Shown here one piece after another: positions 1 through 11,625 of a stretch of DNA of 64,000 nucleotides. The stretch comes from Takakia lepidozioides (taxonomy: Eukaryota > Plantae > Bryophyta). The DNA is taken from assembly GCA_030704615.1 (NCBI GenBank), contig CM060732.1, forward strand, positions 25,048,001-25,112,000, read 5' to 3'. Position 1 is the first letter of the stretch; every line of letters begins with the position of its first letter. A program made the translations under genes and the position numbers. The notes under the pieces are model-generated. The model saw nothing but the letters and a program-made list of their open reading frames with translations, did no database searches and was not told the origin of the DNA.

Positions 1-892
1 TTGTCTCGGACCGTGATCCAAAATTTACAAGTAAATTTTGGAGGGCACTTTGGAAGAAGATGGGGACGAGGCTCAAGATGAGCACCGCCTTCCGACCTAC
101 GACGGACGGCCAAACGAAAAGAGTGAATTCCGTGGCGAAGCAGATCTTGCAGAATTATGTGTCGGCAGACCAATCAGACTGGGTGGAGCATTTGGATGCG
201 GCAGAGTTTTGTTATAATAACACAAAACACTCCACAACGGGAGTTTCCCCTTTCGTATTGGTCTATGGAAAAGCACGTCTGGTGCCGACAAGTTGGGCCG
301 CCCATGACGTTGATGAACCGGCAGCAGCAGCGGTGCTGAAAGAATGCGAGCGTTTGTTGAAGCTCGCAAAGTACAACATTGCCAAAGCTAGGAAACGGTA
401 TAACGGCAGGCGAATCGGAAGCGGAGGGAAGTTAAATTTGAGGCAGGCACGGAGGTCTGGTTGAACATCAAGAATTTTCGACTACCTCCGGAAGTGAGTC
501 CAAAGTTCGTACCTCCGTATGCGGGGCCCTTTCGCATCCGGAAGGTTATGAATGAGGATGTGTATGAATTGGAGCTGCCGGCAAACCGCAAGGTGTATCC
601 GGTATTCCACGTCTCCCTTTTGAAGCCTTAGTTCAAAGATGAAGGGCGTCCGAATCGGCATCAGACATTGCGTCCGCCACCTGTGCTGTTGGATCATGAA
701 AATGAACCTGAGTACGAGGTGGAGGCAGTGCTTAAGTCGAGGAGGTTCAATAATCGAGAAACGGAGTATCTCGTGAAATGGAAGGGCTATCATCAAGTGG
801 AGGCAACTTGGGTGCGTGCCTCAGAAATGGAAAACGCATCCAAGGCGGTTGCAGTTTTCGAAGGACGACCTCAAAAGCGGAAGAAGCGTTGA
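1..892 (+). pseudogene. Ty3/gypsy chromovirus pol 3' end: integrase core and C-terminus plus chromodomain (frameshifted)
   Basis: STAFRPTTDGQTKRVN integrase core, GPF motif (YAGPFRIRKV) and a group-I chromodomain YEVEAVL...YLVKWKGY...ATW (668-892). Confidence 0.9.
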
Positions 893-913
893 TGGGGACA
901 TCAACCTTGGATC

Positions 914-1120
914 GTGGGGGAGGAAATGCATGCTTAGCCTGACTTAGCTAGCTCATGAATCCGATTGCAAAAACTTGTGTTCTACAAATTTTGTTATAAT
1001 TGAAATGGTTTCCAAATGTTGTACTTCCTATTTTGTTTGGAATGGTGATGCATGGTATGGTTGGCTAGTGTGTAGAATGCATGCTAGCTTACAAAAGTGG
1101 GAGAGGTAAATTGGATTAAT
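914..1120 (+). repeat. Polypurine tract and start of the 3' LTR of the first chromovirus, interrupted by the next element
   Basis: GGGGGAGGAAA (916-926) lies just after the pol stop and is followed by TG at 927; a new LTR starts at 1121. Confidence 0.55.
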
Positions 1121-1751
1121 TGTCACGGACATAGCCCAAAAGAACTTACCAGGAGTAAATACCAGAAGTTACCAAGTTATCATGTTATCGGAAGTTATTA
1201 TGACTTATCGTGATTTACCATGATCTACCATGATTTACCATTACTTACCAAGTTACCGGGAGTTTACCAAATTACCAAGAGTAATTTGAGAAACTGCTCA
1301 TGAAGCTTCCTTTGGAGGAAACTTCTCCATCAAGATACCTCATTTGTTTAAGGAAGCTTCTCCATCAAGAAAGCTTTGTTTAATCTTGGAAACTTCTCCA
1401 GCAAGAAACCTCCATAGGGGAAGCTTCTTAAGGAAGCTTCTTAATAGCCAGTATATATAGGAGGCGAGACTGGACACTCTTCAGTCTCGCCAACACCAGT
1501 TCACTACTCTTGTTTCCAGTTTCTAGTACTCTAGCCCAGTCTCCAGTATCTGGTACTCCAGTCCAGTTTCCAGCATTCCAATATTCAAGTAGTGTTCCAA
1601 TATCTTGTACTCTTGTTTCATTGTTATAAAGATCGTCTTGATTCCTATTTACTCATCATGCATTCGGCCACGCCGACCTTGACTTCTTGTCTAGTCTCGT
1701 ACCGTTAGTTTGATCTTTTGTTTGTGTTCAGTCATGTTCTCGTCCTTGACA
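1121..1751 (+). repeat. 5' LTR of a Tcn1-like chromovirus
   Basis: Terminal inverted ends TGTCACGGAC...GTCCTTGACA (9/10), TATA-like GTATATATAG at 1451 and gag ATG at 1790. The same LTR family recurs inverted at 59968-60342. Confidence 0.9.
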
Positions 1752-1789
1752 GTTTGACGAGACCAAAGTTTGTTCCTTAGTTAGTTAAG

Positions 1790-4068
1790 ATGGAAGGCAC
1801 ATTTGCGGGAATGGTCGCCACATTGCAGAGTCTTCAGCTCCAGATGCAAGAACTTCGTGCCTCTACTGCCCAACTACAAGCTGATCAGTCTCAAGATCTT
1901 GGCAACGCTCTCAACAATTTGCAACAACAAATTTCAGAGTTGAAGGAGTCGAACAATGGATCTTTACGAGTCCCTACTACAACAACCCCTACTGCAACGG
2001 TTCCTCCAAATCTTCAACAGATTACAAGGGAACCAAATGTCAGCATGCCCGAGAAATTTGATGGGACAAGATCAAGATTTCGCGGTTTTGTTCAACAAGT
2101 ACGATTGTTCCTACGATTACATCTACAACGCTACCCTGATGAAGGTATTCAAGTGGGATTCGTGGGCACCCTTCTATCAGGCACTGCCCTATCTTGGTTT
2201 GCACCGCTATTAGAGAAAAATTTGCATTTACTATACAATTTTGAAGCATTCATGTCCGAGTTCACTGCAACGTTTGGAGAGAATGATAGAGAGAGAGAGT
2301 TGCAGAGACAAAGATGCGAAATCTTCGACAAGAAGCACGTCATGCTTCCATTTATGCTGCCGAATTTCGACAACTTGCGTGCGACCTCGACTGGAATGAG
2401 AAGAGCCTCATTAATCAGTTTCGATGTGGCCTAAAAGATGATGTAAAAGATTTGTTGCTGACAATGCCAAACGTGAGTACACTGAGCGAATTCATCACCC
2501 AAGCATTGCATGCGATAATCGTTTGTTCGAAAGACGTCAAGAGAAGCGATCTGGATGGTCGACGACGCATCATGCCGTTGCTACTACTGCACCAAATATA
2601 ACGATTCACTAGACATCCGGTAATGATCCTATGCAGATTGATGCTGTCCGATTCAAGCCATTGATGCCACAAGAAAAACAAAAACGGCGCTCGAATGGAT
2701 TATGCCTTTATTGCGGAGAAGATGATCACATAACATTAAACTGCCATAACAAGAGAAGATTCAAAGCTCGAGGCACAACTCAAGTGTTCGATACGAGGAG
2801 GTCGGAAAACGAAGATGTCTAGTCACAGTAGGGACCATGCAGCTGGACACTCCAAATTCCTCACAAAAAAAATGTCTCTTTCTACCTCCAGACCCTGTAC
2901 CTTGTTTCACAGTTTCAGTAAAGATTAGGATACAAAACCGAGATATCTCCGTAAAAGCACTTTTGGACTCGGGCGCTTCAGCGTGTTTTATTGACAAAGA
3001 CTTTGCGAATGAACACAATTTAACGCTCGTAAGAAAGAAATTATCGGCCCATGTTGAAGTCATCAATGGACGACCGTTAGCATTAGGAAATATTGATCAT
3101 GAAACTCGACCCTTTGAAGTGAAGCTTAAAAATCAAGCATCACAAATTGTTTTCAATGTCATCCAGTCTCCAACGAATCCTGTGATCCTTGGACTTCCCT
3201 GGTTTGTACTTCATAATCCTGACATCGACTGGCGATCACGAAAAAAATTCGGCAAGACAAAAATAGTACCAAAGGTATTCAACCCTTGTTTCTTGGAGCT
3301 AGAGCCTTCATGAGAGCTACGAAGAATGACGCGACATTTGCACTTTATGCGACTCCGATCAAAACCACAACAGACCAAGGTACTTCGACATTACCCACTC
3401 AATATCAAGATTTCAAAGATGTCTTCGAGAAGAAAAATGCAGACATGTTGCCAGAACATTGACCTTAAGATTGTGCAATTGAGTTGCAAGAATGAGCTCA
3501 ACCACCATTCGGCCCGATCTACAATTTATCTCAGACGGAGCTGGCTGCTTTACGCGAATACATTGATGAAAATTTGTCAAAGAATTTCATTCGACATTCG
3601 AAATCCCCCGCGGGAGCACCTATCTTATTTGTGAAGAAGAAAGACGGATCATTACGCATGTGTGTGGACTATCGTGGGCTCAACAAAGTCACTATAAAAA
3701 ATCGTTACCCACTACCGCTGATTTTCGGACTCGTCGAACAACTTGGATGAGCAAATTTTTTCACAAAGATCGACTTGAGAGGAGCTTACAACCTTGTACG
3801 AATAAAAGAATGAGACGAATGGAAGACTGCTTTTCGCACAAAGTACAGACATTTCGAATACAGTGTTATGTCTTTCGGTCTTACAAATGCTCCAGCAATT
3901 TTTCAACACATGATGAATGACATCTTTCGAGAATTTTTAGATGACTTTGTAGTCATCTATTTGGACGACATTTTGATATTTTCACAGAATGAAAAAGAAC
4001 ATGGTCGCCATGTACGCCTTGTCCTTGATAAATTGAGGGAAAAATGACTTTATGCCAAGTTGGAAAAT
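1790..4068 (+). pseudogene. Tcn1-like chromovirus gag-protease-RT, truncated within RT
   Basis: Gag PEKFDG and CLYCGEDDHITLNC knuckle, protease LLDSGAS, RT KNRYPLP and YLDDILIFS. There are several frameshifts and in-frame stops, and similarity ends near 4068. Confidence 0.9.
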
Positions 4069-4704
4069 ACAATTCTCATGATATACTTTGTATACATCCG
4101 ATTAATCAATTGATGTAAATATTTTTCTTGTTGCTTGTGTGGGTTGCAACTTTGCATATGTGATCTAAACATACTTATGCACATGCGGACCAAATATGAG
4201 CTTGAACCAAGTTGATTCAATGGGTCATTCTAGTGTTGAACGCAGCTACGTGTCATAGAGACGGAAAATTGCGTTTCGCCTGCACATGATTTTTTTTTAT
4301 TCCACTTTCAAGCCATATGCTTAATGATAGCATATGCAATGTGCGTGCAAAATTTGGGAGTAAACAAAAGTCATTTGGACCTATAACCAGATTTTGTTCT
4401 CTCATTTGCACTCCAAAGTTGAGTTATCTTCAACTTCATGCGCTATTCATAGAGAGTTCTACAAAAGTGACCCTAGAAACACACTTATTTTTTTCCATTT
4501 TTTTTTTTGGTCCAATGTTTTGCATGGATGCAGTGGTGCAAAGCCCGATGTCACAGAACAAAATAGAGCTAAAAATAAAATCATTACGCCCCTCAAAACC
4601 GCAATCATATATTTTCTAAATGCAAATATTTATTTTAAATCCATTTAAATTCGATTTAATTCAAAATTGGTGCAAGGGTGAGTGCGTCGTTGGGGAGGCA
4701 AATG

Positions 4705-4735
<31 letters not shown>

Positions 4736-5629
4736 GATCTTTGTACAGGTGTTGCACACATATTTAAGCACATATAGGAAAAAATGAAGCTTGAGCCACA
4801 TCCGTTTGTTGGGTGCAATGGCATGAGAGGATTTTCTTTCACATTAATAATGTAAGTAAAAAAGAAGGGGCCTACAAACCATGACAATCCATCCAGTCAG
4901 TACACCATTTATCCCAGGCTGCAGCGGAAGAGAAAACCTGGAACAAACGGAGATTCGTCATTGAGATTTGTCTAGACACATTGTTTGTCTTCTTTTATTA
5001 TCATCCTTGGAAGGTGGCCAAATGCCCTTGAGCTTGGTTACTTCATTCGTTTTCATATCTGTGTTTGCACCATTCAGCGGTCGTACGAGGCATGCCGTGA
5101 TGCTTACTTCCGACCCTCTAGTGTTCATGCTTTGCTCCAGTATTAACACATATGTCTAACTTGGTTTTGCAGAGAAGTGCATGGAGAAACTACCCTACTA
5201 CATACTGGTATCAGTTCACTATTCTTAGTACACAACCGTATCGTGCATGCTAGCTAAGCTTGCAGCTTCTCTTTGTATAAACGCAAATCAGATGCTTCGA
5301 TGCATGAGAGTTAGGCCTCACGAAACACTTTAGCTAATCATCATAACACCATCTCTATGTTAATGGATACATTGTACTTCACACCAAGCTGATTCTAGTG
5401 CTCACTTCAGAATGATAATAATCTCCATGCTTTACTGCAAGAAGAAACGTAAGCTAGTACCAAAAATCTGAGAGAGCTCACTATGCGCAACCACTTGTCT
5501 TATACGTGACCTGATCATAAACTTGGTCTTATCTATGCCGCCACTCCACGTGATCATTTAATAACTGATGACGATGACAGTGACAGTGACAGTGACAACA
5601 ACAATGAGCATGGAATTAACCAGGAGGAT

Positions 5630-6470
5630 GTGCAAGCCATGGAGGATCTCTTAATGCATCATGTGGGCGCTGATGCATCCCATGAAGAGGGAACCTGGCC
5701 AATCAATGATCCTGAAATGGCCCCCTCAAATGGCATAGAGAGGGAGGCGAGAACTCCTTTGTACAAAGGGGCGAAAGTGAGTCGACTTTCAAGAATCTTA
5801 CTTTTGCTCAATCTTCAAATTTGATTTGGCATAAGTAATGTTGGGATGTCCGCCATAATGCGAACTATTGCAGACTATATCCTTGCTCCACACTTGAAAC
5901 CCAAGATGCCACGGTCGCGGAAAGAGGCGCGCGAAGTTTTGGACTCTGTGGGGATGGGCTGTAAGATTTTTCATGCATGCATGTGATAAAACCCTATACT
6001 ACGTAGATGATTCGCGTCTCACCAAGTGCCCAGAGTGCAAGAAAGACCGATATTGGGATGGAAGGAGTGAGTGAGGAGTGGAAGGAGCGACGTTCGGTTT
6101 TGACCATTCACGCCCAAATGAGGGAGAGGCTGCATAAAGGGAAAGACATAAGGGTGTTGTATTATGTGTGCTAATGGGATGATTACATGTGGGGGGCGTG
6201 GGGTATTTCATCCTAGAAAATGCATTACTTTCCAATCATCCCGCGATTGAGGGCACAGTACCGAAGCCCCGAATTGGCCAGACTCATGAGATGGCACGCC
6301 TCGCATCGGAGCCCCCCGGGAAAGGTGTGCGGGCCACAAGATTCACAAGCATGGAGGCATATTGAAGAGATGTGGCCTTTTCTCTTGGAGGACCTATGAC
6401 ATGTCCACCTCGGCTTCTCCTCGGATGGGGTCAACCCATTCTCTGTCCAGTCATGTAGTCATTCCACTTG
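5630..6470 (+). pseudogene. CACTA Tnp2-family transposase, N-terminal exons
   Basis: ARTPLYKG...LLLLNL...HAC...KCPECKKDRY, then YFPIIPRL...DSQAW...LGFSSDGVNPF...HST(W), cut by the MULE at 6471. Confidence 0.85.
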
Positions 6471-7409
6471 GGGGTTGCTATTTCATGAGCGGCATGAGCA
6501 TGAGCGGAAAAAAAAAAAGCATGAGCAGACCATTGTGAGTCCACGGAAATAGGGTTAGGAGGCACGGAAATAGGGTCATGTGAAGTTGGAATGTGGCACT
6601 AGTGGACTTGAAATGCAACATTTTATTGCAAATTTTGTGGCAAGCCACGTCTATACAAGTGTGTTCTAACTGTCATAGCCGGAATAGGCACTACTCTCCT
6701 ACACCCTCTGAGGAACTTGCCCCACCTTCTTCCTCATCCCCCTCATCCCTCCCATCCTCCGAGCTCTGTGATGCATCAGTTCCACTATGCCCTCTCAAAA
6801 TCCCGTCCTCTCCTTGGGGGACTGTCCACCTCACCTCCTGGGAATCTTCTGCGTCTTCTCCCCCACTTTCCTCAGCAGAATCCAAGACAAATCTACGAGC
6901 CCGACGGGCTCTAATAGCTGCTGCCTCCTCCCTCATCTTCATTTTCTTGAGGCTCGCCTCGTCTAAAATCTGCTGTACACGACTAGGTTCGGAACACCTC
7001 CTAATGGACACCGAAGCAGCCGGGCAGCATAAGTAGGAAGGATGTACTCCCTTTCTGGACTAGGCATGAAAATCCCCCCTGGCAAAAAAAGGCACGTTCC
7101 TCCTGCCCATGAACTCCGGTGTAGACGTCCCTCCGGCAGTACTTGGCATCCTACAGTAAGAACAAATCCACTTCAAGAATGTCAATACCAGCACAACCAG
7201 AAAGGGTTTTCAATGAAATAAGAGAGCGGAGGGAGGTGCCTCATGAAATCTGGAGGCAACTTACAATGCCACCACTCACTCGTAAACCAGGGGCTCCTCG
7301 CCTCTATCCCACTTCCTCCCCCCTGCTCCTTCTCGGATTTTTTCCTCATCCGCCGAGGATGCCTCTTCCTCTTGCGGTAGACGTTCACCGCTGCAAGTTC
7401 CGAGTTGTT

Positions 7410-8200
7410 GAGAGGCATATCTGGCTCAAAGAGCAACACCATTCCCTGTCGTACCACTCCCTGCCCACATTTGAAGCACCTGAGGAACAAAGCGGGCGGT
7501 TTAATAGGCTTGCGGCATGCACTGCAATCGGGCCCAGGGGACAAACTGACACGTGAAGGCTTACCCGTGCCGCATGTGAGGTCCAGAATCCGCCCCTTGG
7601 ACATCGAGCACGTCTCCATGAGGGTTTGGATGAAAGTAGGGCTCCGGTCCGCTGTACCGCCACGGTTTTACCTGTCTTTGTGTCCTTCGGCATACAGGAG
7701 TGGAGGCAACATAGTTGTAGAGGGACTCGTGGTTACAGGGTCCACAAGCGCATCCCACAAGACGACCGTCTTTGCGGAATGTTGAATTAAAACCCTCTCT
7801 TCACAAGCACTATGCCTCAACCCCAATGTCTGCACATCCAACAAAGAAGGGATCAACTCCAGGTCTACTTAACAGACACCACAATTGAAGTGAATGCATG
7901 ATTGATAACTTACATGTGGCCCTCTGTTCGAAATCCCCGTTTACTGATGCAGAACCATTTTTCCTGAGGAGGACCCGGGGTACACTTTTTCGGTGTCCCA
8001 CCTTGTCCACCGCATTCTCTGTGGTTTCCCTCTCGTGGCAAGGACAATCACACATCCACCGTCATCCGAAGCATCCCCGCCAGCCCAAACCTGCTTTCCA
8101 GTAGTCCTCAGTAAACCTGTTCCGGTGGGGACACACCCTCCAGGCCCGCAGTAGCTCCCCCCATCTGGAATGTCGAGGAGAATCATGTCGCCACTCTCTC
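7410..8200 (-). other. Beta-class N4-cytosine/N6-adenine DNA methyltransferase-like domain
   Basis: Motifs occur in beta-class order: IV DMILLDIPDG (DIPD at 8163-8174), VI-like SDDGGCVIVL, X-like RSPTFIQTLMETCS, I RILDLTCGTG (about 7565-7592) spliced to GAS, and II LLFEPD. Confidence 0.75.
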
Positions 8201-9149
8201 CTCCACCCAACCCCCCCCCCGATGCTCTTGCAATCCGTGCTCACAGCCGGTGAAGAATTCCAGCATGGCTTCAAAACAGGGGTTTCTTTAGGCCTCTGGA
8301 ACCGCCAAGCCCTTTCTTGGCTTTCCCTTCTCTGCTCCGCCAGAGACTTGCTGTGTGCCACCTTCTTCTTCGCCCTTGCTAGCGACAAGCCAAGGAAGCT
8401 CTCAATGACGCATTGGATGATGGTTGGAGGTTCTAGCTTTGGCCTGTGCGTAAACGTCACCCAGCCGAATACCGCCGTGTAGGCTCGCCCTCAAATGCCA
8501 AATTCTTGGTAGAGCCGTCCCCACTCCCGAACTGACTTGGGAACCCGGACGACCGGTACTGGATAGGAGCACAGCAGTCCAGGACCTTGACACAGTCGTC
8601 ATCCGAGTCACTCTCTTGGGTCCCCTCCTGCTCCGCCATCCGATGCCCCGATGGTTTTCTTCTTTTTGGTGTTCTTACTTCGACTGCACTCACTTGTTTC
8701 CTTGGTCCTTTTTCCTTTGGCCTTTATTCTTCTCATGAATTTCGCTTGAATCCTGCCTGAAAGCTCTGCCTCTTTCCCTGGAGGTCGCAGCGCTTTTGCT
8801 CTTTTGCACCCAACGGAGGCAGCGGAGCCCGTTTCGTCGGAATTCAACATCCAGCTTCAATTGAAACTCGGATGGGGTCGAGCGAGCCGGGCGGAAGGTC
8901 CACATACCAAGGGCAATCACACAGCAAATGTTCCAGATGCCACCTCCTTCACAATATCTCAGTGTACATGGATCAGCCCCAGGGTTCCTCCATGCCAAGA
9001 AAGAATGGTGGCTCGAAAAGACAGATGACCTTTCTCCAAAAGGGAGAACTTGCAGTAACCTGCATCATGAAAAACACAATAAGGTCCCTTGAAATCATAT
9101 TCGGGCACCATTTTCCCAGGTTGGGGCGGGATGGGAGTGGGCTAGAAAT

Positions 9150-9880
9150 TGAAAAATGGCGCCGAATTTCGGTTTTCCGGTGATTGCCACCTGTCTAGGA
9201 CTGTAGCCATCTTGGGATCCTGAACTGGGAATTCGGCGCCATTTTGTTCCCGGTTTGGCCCGAAGATGGCTAAGTCCTAGAACCGAATAGGGCCTAGAAC
9301 GGAAAAATGGCGCCGAATTTCCAGTTCAGCCAGCCCACCCTATGGACTTAGCCCGAAATGGCTTAAGTCCCGAAAACTTCATAGTGCCTAGTGCCTACAA
9401 CTGGAAATTGCGAAGAATTATCCAGTTCAGGGCTAAAGCCACCCTAGTGGACTTAGCCCGAAAATGGCTACGTCCCTGAATGCAAATTGCCTAGAACTGA
9501 AAATGGCGAAGAATTTCCACTTCAGGGCCACCCACCTAGGGGACCTCTAGACCGAAAATGGCTAAGTCCCTGAACGGCAAGATAGGGCCTGGAACTGGAA
9601 GAATTGCGCCGAATTTCCAGTTCAGGGGCCAAGCCAGTCCTAGGGCTTAGCCCGAAAATGGCTAAGTCCCTGAACGACAATAGGGCCTGGAACTGGAAAA
9701 TGGCGCTGAATTTCCATTTCCGAGCCGCCGTCTAGGGACTTAGCCGAAATGGCCAAGTCCTTGAATCGGCAATAGGGCCTAGAACTGGAAAAATGGCGCC
9801 GAATTTTCCAGTTCAGGGCCAGCCAGTCTAGGGACTAGCCATTTTCGGAGCCCTGACTGGAAATCGGCGCCATTTTTCCC
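9150..9880. repeat. Intronic tandem array (about 120-bp unit) with two hairpins per unit
   Basis: About 6 units, each with GGACTTAGCC-cgaaaat-GGCTAAGTCC and GAACTGGAAAATGGCGCCGAATTTCCAGTTC. Confidence 0.9.
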
Positions 9881-11229
9881 TAACACCCACATGAGGCCTC
9901 TAACATCCTGAAATGCAAGGACTTGAAATAAAGGCAGCGCGTATGTACCTAGTATAGGAAGGCGCAGTGCTGTTTGTCCGCGTTCGGCTGGTCGGGTGAA
10001 GCTCGTGCTCCGTCGAGCAATCTGCTATCTCCCGAAAGAATAGGTTGGTTTGGTAGAGCAGAAAGTACCTCGTCACATAGTCGCGTAGGCTCTCTGCTGC
10101 AAGGAGATATCTCCATCTTGAACTGATGTGCTTGTGTGTCCAGCTGCTCTTGCGCATTCGTCGTCACCTGTGGAGATTCTCCATCAGATCGCTTTCCTGA
10201 AAAAATACAATGAATCCACCCCCTACTAGAGTAGAAGCCCCAAACGAAGCGTGGGGAAGTACTTGAAACCACCATGTCATGCGGTTCATCCACATGTCGA
10301 ATGTGGGGTCAGAGAGTTTGTCCGGTTTGGGGAAGCTCCACATGTCCCTGGTACTTTGGGAACCATTCCAGATTTGGAGCCACCGGGTCTGTCCAACCAC
10401 CCAGCATATTCGTAAGCGCCAAACACCACAAAAAGGAGTTGTTGCCACCACAATTTGGTTAAGAATGTATCACCTTTTCTGTTGCATCCACACATGATGT
10501 GGCTAGACGATGGAGCTTCTCCAATGTCATCGTGGGCTTCAGAGCGCGAGAGTAGTGCTTCCCCACCTCCACCAAAAAGTCGGCACCAGGGCGGGATCAG
10601 CTATGGCCACGTACTTTACCATCCGCGACTTGTACTTTATGCGGGCCCTCACCTCCGCAGCTTTGACATACGATTCGAGTGCGGGGAGGGTTGGATTCTT
10701 CTCCTCTGACTCCATGTAGAACCTCCGCGCATGTGCCAAATCCTGCTGTATTTTCGTCTGTCAAGAATGCGCACATAAGATTAGAGATCCTGCTCAACAC
10801 AATTTCTTCTATTGGGGGAGGAGATTAGAAATCACGGTGAAGACCTTTTCTTCTATTGGGGGAGGAGAGACAGATTAGCTCAACAAAACTGTCAGGAGCT
10901 TTACCCGAAATATGTAGTCCACCATGGCGTCGACGCTCAGCCTATACCAGGTTCTGTCTGCCTTTGCCTCCGACTTGCGCAGGAGGTCGGCACTGAGGGA
11001 ATTGGCAAACTCTTGCACCCCCTGCTTCTTGACATCCTTCACTCGGAAGAGCATATGGGACAAGTTGGTGGCAATGAAGGCATTCTCAGTCACCCTGCAG
11101 TGCCACATTTCCATCAAACAATACTGAAATGGGAATTTTCATCATATATGAGGATTCACAATGAAATGACTTCCAAATTCAAAGTCCAAAAGCGAGAGGC
11201 GTTGTAACTTACGAGTTGATGTCCACCAT

Positions 11230-11625
11230 TGCAGCTTTGAGAAGACTGCGATCTTTGGGCCCCACACCTTCAGCACAACACACTCCACGGCGAAATGCCA
11301 ATCGAGGTCGTTGGGGTGGGCTTGGGCAATGTGCTCCATCCATGCCAGGAGGCGATGATTGCCGTCCCACACGTAGAACATCTTACCGGACAAGTGCTGA
11401 AAAGAGGATCACTAGCAATCGATCTCTCGAATTCCTCATTTCGCGTTTGCCAATGGGGACCCCATTTGTCCACCTCATCGGAAGTGTGGGCACGGGAGCT
11501 CCGTGGTCGTTCTCAATGGAAACGTAAAACGCGGCAGACCCCATTCGATATCCATCCCGGAAAGAGAATTTCAGCTTGTCGATATCGCCTGGGAGGGCAG
11601 GTCTCACCACCTGCAATGACACCAA
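11230..11625 (-). other. ParB/Sulfiredoxin-like domain
   Basis: VRPALPGDIDKLKFSFRDGY...FYVS...FYVWDGNHRLLAW...VECVVL; the DGxHR signature is at 11352-11366. Confidence 0.8.

Noticed and set aside
4068-5400. CACTA 5' TIR or a host gene in this interval
   Set aside because: Only CACTAT occurs (near 5217 and 5479), without the matching CACTACAGC TIR or TGCGACG repeats, and there is no convincing ORF. The region is left unassigned.
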